Shown here in pieces: positions 39,439 through 49,315 of a stretch of DNA of 64,000 nt. Origin of the DNA: Candidatus Zixiibacteriota bacterium (lineage in GTDB: Bacteria; Zixibacteria; MSB-5A5; DSPP01); the NCBI GenBank assembly GCA_022614805.1, contig JAKEHY010000022.1, forward strand, positions 15,903 to 79,902, read 5' to 3'. The position numbers and the translations under genes were made by a program. Every line of letters begins with the position of its first letter. Positions within the stretch are counted from its first letter, which is position 1. The notes beneath the pieces were generated by a model. It was not told the origin of the DNA and did no database searches. It worked only from the letters and a program-made list of their open reading frames with translations.

Positions 39439-40361
39439 ACCACTCCCCCTTCTTGTAAAATCAAGCTCCCCTTTCCGGAGTCCAGGACGGCTTGAACCCC
39501 CAATGGTAGGGTGAATATGTTGCCGGAATGTCCGAAGGGAAAACCGAGCGCCACCGGAAAGGGCGCCCGGCCGAAGAAGTCCTCAAAAATTCTTCTCAAA
39601 GGCATCCGGACGCCGGGTCGCGGCGACCGCTCGCAATCCTTGAAATCGGCCAATATCAAACCGGCTATCTGGTCGAATACCCTGGCCAGGCGAAGCTGGG
39701 CCAAATAGCCGTCGATGCGGTGCGGGTATTCCCCGACATCTTCGAGAAAGAGAATCGCTCCCTTGAAAGAAGGCTGGTAGGGCGTGCCGAAAAGCTTGAC
39801 GATTAAAGACAAATTCCCCCCCAGAAGCGGCCCGGCCGCAACTCCGCGACGCATAAATCGGGGCCGCAGATTTTTTGGAAAGGGAACTTTGCCAGCGGGC
39901 ATTTTGGAGGAAAGCATACGCAGCAGATTCTGCCGGTTATAGGCCGTGCCGAAATCGGCCGCCATCGGGCCGTGAAAAGAAGACAAGCCGGTCTTTTTGT
40001 AAAGGGCCAGGTGTATGGCGGTGATGTCCGAAAAACCGACGAAAATTTTGGGGTGCCGGTGGACGAAATCAAAATCGATTTTATCCAGCATACGCAAGGC
40101 GCCGTAACCGCCCCGGGCGCAGATTACGGCATCCACTTCGGGGTCGGCAAAGGCCCGGTTGAAAAGCCGGGCCCGCACAAAGTCCGGCCCGGAAAGGAAG
40201 CCGTATTTCTGTTTTGGGGATAAAAAAAGCCTGACCTTAAAACCGGTTTTTGCGAGCCATTTCAACCCCCGTCGCAGCCGGGCGTCCTTTGCCCATGAGG
40301 AAGGCGCGATGATGCCGATGGTGGCGCCGGGAAAAAGAGCCTTGGGCTTTAATAATTTCAT
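39435..40361 (-). CDS. ldcA: LD-carboxypeptidase (S66)
   Basis: ARGGYG, GFSDIT, FLED and FGH catalytic-triad motifs. Confidence 0.92.
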   Translation of the reverse strand: MKLLKPKALFPGATIGIIAPSSWAKDARLRRGLKWLAKTGFKVRLFLSPKQKYGFLSGPDFVRARLFNRAFADPEVDAVICARGGYGALRMLDKIDFDFVHRHPKIFVGFSDITAIHLALYKKTGLSSFHGPMAADFGTAYNRQNLLRMLSSKMPAGKVPFPKNLRPRFMRRGVAAGPLLGGNLSLIVKLFGTPYQPSFKGAILFLEDVGEYPHRIDGYLAQLRLARVFDQIAGLILADFKDCERSPRPGVRMPLRRIFEDFFGRAPFPVALGFPFGHSGNIFTLPLGVQAVLDSGKGSLILQEGGVV

Positions 40362-41122
40362 ACGATCCGCTTGACACAGGTCAGCTTCTCGATAACCGGA
40401 TTGTAATTCTTGTCCGATTTTCGGATGGAGTCCAGCGTTACGCCGCCCCCGCGCAAATTGGCGTGCAGGATTTTATTCCGGCCGGCAAAGAGGGCCACGT
40501 GGCCGGGGAAAAAGAAAAAATCCCCCGGCTTGGCTTTTTCGACAGGAATTTCCTCTCCGATTTTTATCTGTTGAGATGTATCGCGGGGAATCTTCTTGCC
40601 GAAATAGTCAAACAGAGTGAACAAAAAGCCGGAGCAGTCGAATCCGAAGGGGGAAATGCCGCCCCAGAGATACGGAGTTCCGAAAAACTCCATCCCTTTC
40701 CTTGTTAAATCTCCAATGGAAAAACGAACCTTATCGGGTTCAATTAACCCCTCCTTCTTGACCCACCCCAAAATTTTTTCATTGGAGCCGGCCGAAACCC
40801 AGCTTCCGGATTGACGGAATGCTCGAACGCGCGTATTGAAAGTTAAAACCGAGATTTTCATTTTACGGTCGGCGGCGTAAACGGGCAAAAATGGGACTTT
40901 AACTTTCAAGTTTTTGTCTGAAACGGGCATTGAAGCCGGGTAAATCAGATGTTTTTTTTGCATCCAACCAGTATAGCCGTCCGGAAGTACAGCTGAAATA
41001 TGGTCATCTCTTTCCTCCCCCAATTCGACGGGGGTGTTGAATAATGCCTGACTCACCCGCTCCGACCGGAAGCTCGGCTCCCGCCGCAAATCGGCGACCG
41101 GTATGTTCACTACTCCGCGCAT
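40358..41122 (-). CDS. SH3b + NlpC/P60 gamma-D-glutamyl peptidase (YkfC-like)
   Basis: SQALF..DGYTGW SH3-like region; PYLWGG..GFDCSG..GHVA..LHA. Confidence 0.9.
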   Translation of the reverse strand: MRGVVNIPVADLRREPSFRSERVSQALFNTPVELGEERDDHISAVLPDGYTGWMQKKHLIYPASMPVSDKNLKVKVPFLPVYAADRKMKISVLTFNTRVRAFRQSGSWVSAGSNEKILGWVKKEGLIEPDKVRFSIGDLTRKGMEFFGTPYLWGGISPFGFDCSGFLFTLFDYFGKKIPRDTSQQIKIGEEIPVEKAKPGDFFFFPGHVALFAGRNKILHANLRGGGVTLDSIRKSDKNYNPVIEKLTCVKRIV

Positions 41123-42285
41123 TATGCGAATCCCAATTTACGCGCCATCTTGCCGGTGTATTCAATGGGCAAACGGACCCCCATTCTCGTGATAATTTCG
41201 TAGGGCGAAGTCCCAATCCAGCCCGCCAAATCCTCTGCGGTTATTTTTTCCGCTCCCATCTCTCCCATTAAAACCACCCGGTCGCCGGCCCGCACCCTTG
41301 GAACTTCGGTAACGTCGACCATTATGGCATCCATTGCAATCCGTCCCACCACCGGGGCCCGTTTCCCCCGCACCAAAACCCACCCCTTGTTTCCCAGATG
41401 CCGGGGATAGCCGTCCGAAAACCCGAGTGGAAGGGTGGCGATAAGCCGTTCACTTGACGCCCCAAATTCCCGCCCGTAGCCGACCGTCTCCCCAGGCCCG
41501 ATGGTTTTCAACTGGGCAATCCGGCTCTCCAAAAACATCACCGGTTTGGCCGGCAGGGAGCCTCCCGCTGCCGTCCGGGAAGGATAGCCGAAAAGCAAAA
41601 CGCCGACCCGCACTAGATTGAAATACCCCTCCGGCAAATCCAGAACCGCGCCGCTGTTGGCCAGACTGGTGTAGCGGGGATAAATTCCGGCCTTCTCGAA
41701 AAGTGCCCGAGCATCCTTCAATCGCTGAACCTGCAGTCGGGCGAATTCAATGTCCTCTTCGCTGGCGGTCGCGAGATGGGAGGAAAGCTCCCACAGTAGA
41801 GCCCCCCGGTGACGTAAAAGGGATTGAGTCAGGCGCACGGCCTCCTCCGCCGAAACTCCGTATCGGTTCAAACCGGTCTCGATTTTAACCGCAAACGGGA
41901 TTCTCTTTCGGCGCAGTTTTTTGGAGGCCCGGACGTACGCCCGGGCGAATTTCTCGTCGATTACGGTCGGAATCAAATCGTGGCGGACAAAAAACTCCGC
42001 CCGTTCGGGGAAATCGGGATATAAAACGGAAATCGGAACGTCGATTCCGGTCTTGCGCAAAACGATTCCCTCCTCGACCAGGGCCACGCCGAGGAAATTT
42101 GCACCGGCAACCAGGGCCGCCTTCGCCACTGGCAGAGCCCCGTGACCGTAACCGTCCGCCTTGACCACGGCCATCAAACCAACTTCCCGGCCGAGCCGTT
42201 TTTTGAGCAAACGGACGTTTTGCGCCAGCCGGTCCAGGTCAATTTTCAAAAAACTCGGCCGGAGGAAGCGGTTCTTTCTCTCCAT
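41122..42285 (-). CDS. alr: Alanine racemase
   Basis: AVVKADGYGHG (PLP Lys), TVGYG (catalytic Tyr), GRIAMD. Confidence 0.93.
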   Translation of the reverse strand: MERKNRFLRPSFLKIDLDRLAQNVRLLKKRLGREVGLMAVVKADGYGHGALPVAKAALVAGANFLGVALVEEGIVLRKTGIDVPISVLYPDFPERAEFFVRHDLIPTVIDEKFARAYVRASKKLRRKRIPFAVKIETGLNRYGVSAEEAVRLTQSLLRHRGALLWELSSHLATASEEDIEFARLQVQRLKDARALFEKAGIYPRYTSLANSGAVLDLPEGYFNLVRVGVLLFGYPSRTAAGGSLPAKPVMFLESRIAQLKTIGPGETVGYGREFGASSERLIATLPLGFSDGYPRHLGNKGWVLVRGKRAPVVGRIAMDAIMVDVTEVPRVRAGDRVVLMGEMGAEKITAEDLAGWIGTSPYEIITRMGVRLPIEYTGKMARKLGFA

Positions 42286-43721
42286 TACGGAAGCTGGCGG
42301 GCCGCCGCCAGGCAAAGCCGGTCCACGGCGTCATCGATGGTGCGGATGTTCAGTTTCCGTCCGTTGACCAGAACCGAAAAGCAGTACAGCTTGCCGCTTT
42401 GGGATTTGAAGTAACCGGAAAGCGTGCGGGCGCCGGAAATCCAGCCGGTCTTGACCCGGAAGTTGTCGGAAAGGGCATCCCCTTTTTTCCGGTTTTTCAC
42501 GGACTTGTCCAATCCCGGAATGGCCATCGATTCGTAGTAATGGGAAAAGTGAGGGGAGTCATACATATTCCGCAACAGCTTGATAAAGCCGGCCGCCGTA
42601 AAGCGGTTTTTGGCCGAAAGCCCGCTGCCGTCCACCAGATAGAAATCCCCCGTGGAAAGCCCGGCGTTCAGCAGAAAATTGCGCACAGCCTCCAATCCGG
42701 CGTCGAAACTTCCCTTCCCTTCGATTTCCTTCCCCAGCGTGCGCACCAACTGCTCGGCGTAAAAGTTCTGGCTGTTCTTGTTGACCACTTTGAGAATGTT
42801 GGCAAGCGGGTCGGAGCGCCAGACGAACAGTTTTTTTAAGCTATCCTCAACCAGCCCCGATTTTTCCCAGTACATCGCGCCAGAGGCCACCGGAATCCCC
42901 TTCCGTTTCCAGATTTCCCGGGCGGTGTGGGCCAGATAAAAAGCCGGCTCGTGCACGGAAACGTAATCCGTCCGGCCGGTATCGGAAATCGGGATTCTGC
43001 CGAAGAAAGTGACCGTGTTGGTTCCCGGCTTGCGGCGGTAATCCTCGTCTAACGTGTATTTGCTCCTCCGCGGCCCGGTGCGGGAACGGTTGACGGCCTT
43101 CAGGTAGCCGAAATCCGGCTCCAGAATGATGCGGGCCGGCGCCCCTACCTTTCGCGCGGGATAAAACCGCACAAAAACGCAGTTGTCTTCAAAGGATAAA
43201 GCCGACGTCTGGGCCGCATACCAGAAGGAAAGTTCGCGGGCCGGCCAGCTTTCCACCAGGTTTGGCCCCTCAAAATAGCGGTTGTCCAAAACGAGGCGGC
43301 CGATTTTTTTGACCCCCCGCGCGGCCAAAGAATCGGCCCAGAATTCCAGGATTTCGTAAGGAGACGGCCGGTCCCGCCCGGAGATGGAGGGGTCCCCCGT
43401 GCCCCGGATGATCAGAACGGAGACGGAGGAATCTCCTTCTTCTTCCCTTTTGACCCAAAAGGAGGTCTCAAAGCGGAAATCCGGTTTCAGATAATGCAGG
43501 GCCGCCGCCGAGGTGGCCAGCTTGGCGTTGGAGGCGGGAATCAAGGGAACGGTCAGGTTTTTGGAATAGACCGAAACCCCTTCCGAAAGGGAATAGAAGG
43601 CGGCCGCGACTTTGGCCGTCCGGAAGGTGGCGGAGGAGAAAATGGTGTCGGCCAAAGCCGAAAAGCTCTGGGCCTTGAGCTCTCCCGTTATCAAAAGGAA
43701 GGCAAAAAGAAGTTTTCTCAA
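42285..43721 (-). CDS. dacB: D-Ala-D-Ala carboxypeptidase/endopeptidase (PBP4, S13)
   Basis: PASNAK (SxxK), SQN and KTG motifs; TTG at 43721 overlaps the upstream stop. Confidence 0.92.
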   Translation of the reverse strand: MRKLLFAFLLITGELKAQSFSALADTIFSSATFRTAKVAAAFYSLSEGVSVYSKNLTVPLIPASNAKLATSAAALHYLKPDFRFETSFWVKREEEGDSSVSVLIIRGTGDPSISGRDRPSPYEILEFWADSLAARGVKKIGRLVLDNRYFEGPNLVESWPARELSFWYAAQTSALSFEDNCVFVRFYPARKVGAPARIILEPDFGYLKAVNRSRTGPRRSKYTLDEDYRRKPGTNTVTFFGRIPISDTGRTDYVSVHEPAFYLAHTAREIWKRKGIPVASGAMYWEKSGLVEDSLKKLFVWRSDPLANILKVVNKNSQNFYAEQLVRTLGKEIEGKGSFDAGLEAVRNFLLNAGLSTGDFYLVDGSGLSAKNRFTAAGFIKLLRNMYDSPHFSHYYESMAIPGLDKSVKNRKKGDALSDNFRVKTGWISGARTLSGYFKSQSGKLYCFSVLVNGRKLNIRTIDDAVDRLCLAAARQLP

Positions 43722-44896
43722 ACTTTTTCGAGGGCGGTTTTGATTTTCTCCAAAGCCCGGCAAATGTTTTCCTGCGAATTGGCGTAGGAGAAACGGATGT
43801 ATCCTTCGCCGAATCGTCCGAAGGCGGTTCCGGAAAGACAGGCGACCCCGGCCCCTTCCAATAAGTAATCGGCCATTTCCCTGGAAGATTTGCCGAATTT
43901 TTTTATGGAGGGAAACACGTAAAAAGCCCCCTGCGGCTCCGTGATCGAAAGACGCGGAATTTGCTTCAGGCCGGAAACGATTAGGTCCCGCCGGGCTTTG
44001 AACTCCGCCACCATCTTATCCACCTCATCCTGCGGGCCGGAGAGAGCCGCTTCAATGGCTTTCTGCCCGAAGCCGGAGGTGCAGGAAAAATCGTTGATGG
44101 CCAGTTTGGTGACCGCCTGCGCCAACGCATCCGGCATTGCGCCAAATCCCAGCCGCCAGCCGGTCATCGCGTACGCCTTGGACATTCCGTCCAGAACGAT
44201 GGTGCGTTCCGCCATTCCGGGAAAGGAAGCGATGGAAATATGCGTTCCGCTGTACAAGCCGCGCGAATAAATCTCATCCGACAGAACCCAGATATCCTCC
44301 CGGTTTTTGATGACCTCAAAAATTCCCTCCAACTCTTTTTTACCCAAAACCGTGCCGGTCGGATTGTGCGGGGAGTTTAGAATCAGCATTCGGGTTTTAT
44401 TGGTGAGTAACTTTTTCAACCTCTCCCCCTCCATTCGGAAGCCGTTCTGCTCCTCAAGTGGATACGGCACGGCTTTGCCGCCGACGAAGTTGACCGCCGA
44501 CTCGTAGATGGGGAACCCCGGGTTGGGATAAATCACCTCGTTCCCCGTTTCAATCAAAGCCAGAATCGATAAAAACATAATCGGCTTGGCTCCCGGGGTG
44601 ATCACAATGTTTTCCGGCTTAAAGGGGACGCCTATTTTTTTGGAGAGATGGTCGGCAACGACTTTCCGAACTTCCGGCAGCCCCGCCGCCGGAGTGTAGT
44701 GGGTAAAGCCGGCATCCATCGCCTTTTGAGCGGCCTTGCGGATGAACTCCGGCGTGTCGAAATCCGGCTCCCCGATTTCGAGATGGATGATTTCCCTTCC
44801 GGAGGCTTCCAAGGCCCGCGCCCGCGCCAGAACTTCAAAAGCGGTCTCCGTTCCCAGCCGGGACATCCGTTCGGCTAATCGCAGCTTGGCTCCCAA
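43718..44896 (-). CDS. PLP-dependent aminotransferase class I/II (aspartate aminotransferase-like)
   Basis: IGEPDF, NSPHNPTG, DEIY, SKAYAMTGWRLG. Confidence 0.93.
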   Translation of the reverse strand: MGAKLRLAERMSRLGTETAFEVLARARALEASGREIIHLEIGEPDFDTPEFIRKAAQKAMDAGFTHYTPAAGLPEVRKVVADHLSKKIGVPFKPENIVITPGAKPIMFLSILALIETGNEVIYPNPGFPIYESAVNFVGGKAVPYPLEEQNGFRMEGERLKKLLTNKTRMLILNSPHNPTGTVLGKKELEGIFEVIKNREDIWVLSDEIYSRGLYSGTHISIASFPGMAERTIVLDGMSKAYAMTGWRLGFGAMPDALAQAVTKLAINDFSCTSGFGQKAIEAALSGPQDEVDKMVAEFKARRDLIVSGLKQIPRLSITEPQGAFYVFPSIKKFGKSSREMADYLLEGAGVACLSGTAFGRFGEGYIRFSYANSQENICRALEKIKTALEKV

Positions 44897-44914
44897 GGTC
44901 TCTCCATCTCTTCC

Positions 44915-45799
44915 TTACGCCGTTGCGGCCGGCCCGGTTGCCGGGAGCCGGTCTCGCATCCTCCAGAAGATATAGCCGGCTATAATGGACACAATAGCCA
45001 AAGCCGCTCCGAACTCATCGATGAAATACTTCGTTTTGCCAGTATCCGCCGTCAGGGGGGTGAAGATCTCCTGCACGAAAAGGTTATGGCTGGCGTGTAA
45101 AAATGCTCCCGTCCATAAGTTTCCTGACTTCAACCGCATCCATGCAAAAATGAAGCTCATTCCCAAAACCATGACCGTAAAACAAAATAAACGATACCAG
45201 GTTGGCGTGTATGTGTTGTATTTCAGAAATAGTAAAAGTGGATAATGCCACATTGCCCATACAGTACCGCTAAGCAAAGCTGTCGTAGTAAAAGACGTGG
45301 CCTTTGCCAGCTCTGGTACCAAAAAACCCCGCCACCCGATTTCTTCTCCCAAAGCAAAACCGGTGTTACGGATGATGCCAAGCGTTCCCGTTAAAATCAC
45401 CATTAAAAATAGGACCAAACCGGCCGGCAACCCTTCCCAGCGGAAATCCTGCACCGCGGACTGCACGAACTCCGGATTGTAGAATCCTCCCAATCCAGAG
45501 AGCCAGACCGCCAGGTATGCAACCAGTGCGTAGGCCAATGGAATTAGATAGCTGGCAATTTGATATTTTGTCTTTCCCCATCCCCAACCCAGTTCGGAAA
45601 TGCTTTTTCCGCACAATTTGCAGGTAATTAATGCCGCCACGCCGGGGCACCACATAAGCCCAAGAACATAGTTTATCCGCCCAGAGGCGCCAGAACCAGT
45701 TGTGCTAATTAATAAATAATAAAAAACTGCACTAAGCCCAAAGTTGATAAGAAGAAAAATTAAGATCCTTTTCCAAATTATCTTGTTCGTTTCCTCCAT
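44915..45799 (-). CDS. CPBP/Abi (CAAX) intramembrane metalloprotease
   Basis: GEEIGWRG, WAMWH, HASHN motifs. Confidence 0.92.
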   Translation of the reverse strand: MEETNKIIWKRILIFLLINFGLSAVFYYLLISTTGSGASGRINYVLGLMWCPGVAALITCKLCGKSISELGWGWGKTKYQIASYLIPLAYALVAYLAVWLSGLGGFYNPEFVQSAVQDFRWEGLPAGLVLFLMVILTGTLGIIRNTGFALGEEIGWRGFLVPELAKATSFTTTALLSGTVWAMWHYPLLLFLKYNTYTPTWYRLFCFTVMVLGMSFIFAWMRLKSGNLWTGAFLHASHNLFVQEIFTPLTADTGKTKYFIDEFGAALAIVSIIAGYIFWRMRDRLPATGPAATA

Positions 45800-45881
45800 C
45801 GGTTCCCCTCCGTCACGCTAAAAAAAATACCCCGCTCAAGGACGGGGCTGCCTTCACGATTATCCACGGGCCTCAACTTCT

Positions 45882-45938
45882 CCTGTCCCCCTTGACAAGG
45901 GGGACAGACCCCGACTCACAGTCGGGGTCAGGGGGTCT
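45882..45938. repeat. REP-like double hairpin
   Basis: TGTCCCCCTT-GAC-AAGGGGGACA followed by GACCCCGAC-TCACA-GTCGGGGTC; related copy at about 63524-63546. Confidence 0.75.
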
Positions 45939-45958
45939 AAGAATCGTTCGCCGATAAA

Positions 45959-46924
45959 CTACTTCCCATTCCCCCTGTGGTCTCTTCGCCGCAAGGCCTT
46001 TCTGGCTTTTTCGACGATATTGGTCGATTTCATCCCGAAGGCGACCAAAAGCTCCTCCGGCTTGCCGGACTGGCCGAACCGGTCCCACATCGCCACCATC
46101 TCCACCGGCACGGGATGGTACCAGGCGGTAACCTGCGCCACGGCCGCGCCCAGCCCGCCGTAGATTTGGTGCTCCTCGGCCGTGACCAGAGAGCCGCAGT
46201 CACGCGCGGCCTGGATGATAATTCCCTCGTCCAGTGGCTTGAGTGTATGCATATTGATGACCCGCGCCTCCACTCTGTCTTCGCGCGCCAGAACCTCCGC
46301 CGCTTCCAATGCCTCATAAACCATAATCCCGCAGCCGATAATGGCCAAATCCTTCCCCTCCCGCATCACCAGCGCTTTGCCGAACTCAAAGGGAGTATTC
46401 TCGTCCGTGACGACCGGCACGTCCTCCCGCCCCATCCGCAGATAGCAGGGCCCCCAAATCTCCGCTATCGCCAAAGTCGCCTTCTTGGTTTCCCAATAAT
46501 CGCACGGGCAAACCACCTTCATATTCGGCAGCGAGCGCATAATGGCGAACTCTTCCAAGGCCTGATGGGTGGCGCCGTCCGGCCCCACCGAAATTCCGCC
46601 GTGCGCCCCGCCGATTTTGACGTTCAGGTTGGAATAACAGGTGGTCACCCGAATCATATCCAAATCCCGGCAGGCGGCAAAAGCGCCGTAGGTGGCGAAA
46701 AAAGGAATTTTGCCGGTGAGGGAAAGCCCCGCCGCCACGTTGGACATATTCTGCTCCGCCACCCCCATCTGGAAAAAGCGCTGGGGAAATTTCTGGGCGA
46801 AAAAGTGCACCATCGTGGAGGAGGCCAAATCGCCGACTAAAACCACGACGTTCGGATTGGTCTCCCCCAGCTCCGCCAAGGCATGTCCGAACCCTTCGCG
46901 GGTTTTTTTCATTTGCACAGGCAT
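45959..46924 (-). CDS. tkt: Transketolase, C-terminal subunit
   Basis: MGVAEQN, GPDGATHQ, EEHQIYGGLG; ATG in a TAATG overlap with the upstream subunit. Confidence 0.93.
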   Translation of the reverse strand: MPVQMKKTREGFGHALAELGETNPNVVVLVGDLASSTMVHFFAQKFPQRFFQMGVAEQNMSNVAAGLSLTGKIPFFATYGAFAACRDLDMIRVTTCYSNLNVKIGGAHGGISVGPDGATHQALEEFAIMRSLPNMKVVCPCDYWETKKATLAIAEIWGPCYLRMGREDVPVVTDENTPFEFGKALVMREGKDLAIIGCGIMVYEALEAAEVLAREDRVEARVINMHTLKPLDEGIIIQAARDCGSLVTAEEHQIYGGLGAAVAQVTAWYHPVPVEMVAMWDRFGQSGKPEELLVAFGMKSTNIVEKARKALRRRDHRGNGK

Positions 46925-47832
46925 TAAGCCAGAACTCCCGCCGGCTTTTGCGGATACGCCGGCTCGGTGGAAGTTGCCAGATGATTGTGCCACTCGTCAA
47001 AAGTGGTGCCGAGTTCGGCCAATGCTTTCTCCGCCTGCTCTTTCGTAGGCGGCTTGCCGTGCCACTCGTATTTATCGTGCATAAAGGAAACCCCCTGCCC
47101 CATTATGGTATGGGCCAGAATAACGGTCGGCTTCCCCTTGGTATGGCGGGCTTCATCCAAAGCCCCCAGGATTTCCTCAAAGTTGTGCCCGTCCACTTCG
47201 ATGACGTGCCAGCGAAAGGCCCGGTATTTATCCGCCAGGGGAGAGATTCCCATTATATCCTCCACCCGGCCGTCGATTTGGGCCTGGTTGTAGTCGATGA
47301 GGCCGCAGAGATTATCCAATTTGTAATGTCCGGCCGACATCGCCGCCTCCCAGATGGCCCCTTCCTGCTGTTCCCCGTCGGACATTAAAGCATAGATGCG
47401 GCGGGAATGGCCGTCCAGACGGGAACCGAGCGCCGCGCCGACGGCAATCGAAAGCCCCTGGCCGAGCGAGCCGGAGGAAACCTCCACGCCGGGGGTGTCG
47501 AGGGAAGAAGGATGTCCCTGCAAATGCCCGTCGAATTGGCGGAATTTGAGCAGGTCGCATTTCGGGAAAAAACCGGCCTCGGCCAAAAGCGAATAATGGA
47601 CGGGGGTGACGTGGCCGAAAGACCAGAACCACATATCCCGCCCCTCCCACTTGGGATGGCGCGGGTCAAAGGTCAATTCGTGAAAAAACAAAGTTGTGCC
47701 GACGTCGGCAAAGGAAAGCGGCCCGCCGGTATGCCCCGATTTGGCCGGCACCAGCATCGTGATGATATCCCGCCGGATTTCCAGCGCCTTCTGCTTCAGT
47801 TCGAGTATCGAAAGATTATACGGATTCGCCAA
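46924..47832 (-). CDS. tkt: Transketolase, N-terminal subunit
   Basis: SGHTGG, LQGHP, GSLGQG and DGEQQEG TPP-binding motif. Confidence 0.93.
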   Translation of the reverse strand: MANPYNLSILELKQKALEIRRDIITMLVPAKSGHTGGPLSFADVGTTLFFHELTFDPRHPKWEGRDMWFWSFGHVTPVHYSLLAEAGFFPKCDLLKFRQFDGHLQGHPSSLDTPGVEVSSGSLGQGLSIAVGAALGSRLDGHSRRIYALMSDGEQQEGAIWEAAMSAGHYKLDNLCGLIDYNQAQIDGRVEDIMGISPLADKYRAFRWHVIEVDGHNFEEILGALDEARHTKGKPTVILAHTIMGQGVSFMHDKYEWHGKPPTKEQAEKALAELGTTFDEWHNHLATSTEPAYPQKPAGVLA

Positions 47833-47855
47833 AGCTGCTCCTTTTCGCCATCACT

Positions 47856-47883
47856 GTAGGGGCACAATATATTGTGCCCTTGC
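47856..47883. repeat. GTAG-type REP palindrome
   Basis: GTAGGGGCACAATAT|ATTGTGCCCTTGC. Confidence 0.85.
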
Positions 47884-48022
47884 CATTCCAAAAACGGGCA
47901 ATATACCTTGCCTCCCTTTGCTGTCAAATCCTCTCACCCTCTCAAGATAATAATTTTAAAAATGCAATCCAAGCCCCATTTGTGAAAAAAATCACAGAGG
48001 GAAGATTGTCCCCAACAATGAA

Positions 48023-48709
48023 TCATAAAATTTGGATTAAAAAGATTGTCCATCGTTTCTCAGCAACCCGATGCGACTTTAACACGACTGAAAATGAAGA
48101 AAAGGCCTCTTGTTTTTTCCCCCATAGTTTCTTAACCGAACTACGTTCCTCCTTAAGGTAATCTTCCTCAAAATGGATTTTTGAAGGTGTCTGTTGCCCA
48201 AAAAGATCTTCAAGCCATTTCCTCTCCTTAACTGCTAGGTATTTCTTCCAACCTAATGCGTCAAATGCCACCAAAACATATCGATTTTTCGGAATTTCCT
48301 TAGCCACCGATAACCTCCACATATCCATTAATAACTTCCCTACATTTTCAACTTTTGTGACAGTACCTTTCCCTGTTATACGAAAGCATTTTGCCTCGAC
48401 AGCAAGTCCAGAGAATTTATCATCCTTTTCCACTAACAAGTCTAGCTTTAGTCTTTCCTTTGAATCTTGCGATTTTGTACTCGTGCGCTCGTCATACGGC
48501 AAATTTATATAGGCTTGTTGGAGCCAATCAGTTATTGAGGTCATGCCTATAGATTGGTAAAGGCAGATTAAAAAATGTGTCAATAAGGTTTGTTCGGTAA
48601 TTCGAGAAAGTTGATTACTTTTCTCGACGACACTTGGGTATTGGTCCATAACTAGTTTCAAGGAATCCATAGCTTCTTCAAGGATAGTATCAAGATCGTT
48701 CAATGGCAC
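48023..48709 (-). CDS. Hypothetical PD-(D/E)XK nuclease-like protein, AT-rich
   Basis: TEQTL helix, KLDLLV and AVEAK motifs; DNA visibly more AT-rich than its neighbours. Confidence 0.65.
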   Translation of the reverse strand: MPLNDLDTILEEAMDSLKLVMDQYPSVVEKSNQLSRITEQTLLTHFLICLYQSIGMTSITDWLQQAYINLPYDERTSTKSQDSKERLKLDLLVEKDDKFSGLAVEAKCFRITGKGTVTKVENVGKLLMDMWRLSVAKEIPKNRYVLVAFDALGWKKYLAVKERKWLEDLFGQQTPSKIHFEEDYLKEERSSVKKLWGKKQEAFSSFSVVLKSHRVAEKRWTIFLIQIL

Positions 48710-48718
48710 CTCGGAACC

Positions 48719-49315
48719 CTACAGTGAAACCGACTTCTCCCAAATCCTTCGGGCGTTTTTCTCCAAATCAGCCACACTGCCATCATTCACCAAAACTCCA
48801 TCCGAAACCCGCCGCCTTTGTTTGTAAGGCATTTGAGAAGAGATACGCCGCAGGGCCTGCGCGCGGGAAAACCCCTTGGCCAAGAGGCGTTTCAACTGGA
48901 TTTTTTTGGGAGCGTGCACCATCAGCAAAAAGTCAAGTTTGACGGGGATTCTCCACTCGGCTAAAAGCGCGGCATCTATGACAATGGCTTTGCATTTTTT
49001 CTTCCGGGTACGGGCGGCTTCTTTTTTGAGCAGTGCCAAAAGCGGAGGATGAACGATGCGGTTGAAACGGGCAAGAGTTTTTTTATTGGCAAAGACTCTC
49101 GGCCCCAAAACTTTGCGGTTGATTTCTCCCTTGGAGAGAACGTCTGCACCGAATAAAGCTGCAAGCTTTTTCTGGACAGATATGTTCTGCAAAACCTGCC
49201 AGCCGAGCTCATCCCCGGAAATGATGCAAGCGCCCCACCTTTTGAAAAAAATGGCGACCGTGGTTTTGCCGGAGGCGATTCCCCCGGTCAGGCCGATGAC
49301 GGGGACTTTGGCTAT
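48719..49315 (-). CDS. coaE: Dephospho-CoA kinase; probable ATA start
   Basis: The P-loop IGLTGGIASGKTT lies upstream of the ORF-track start; INRKVLG, IVHP, RISSQMP; follows polA. Confidence 0.9.
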   Translation of the reverse strand: MAKVPVIGLTGGIASGKTTVAIFFKRWGACIISGDELGWQVLQNISVQKKLAALFGADVLSKGEINRKVLGPRVFANKKTLARFNRIVHPPLLALLKKEAARTRKKKCKAIVIDAALLAEWRIPVKLDFLLMVHAPKKIQLKRLLAKGFSRAQALRRISSQMPYKQRRRVSDGVLVNDGSVADLEKNARRIWEKSVSL

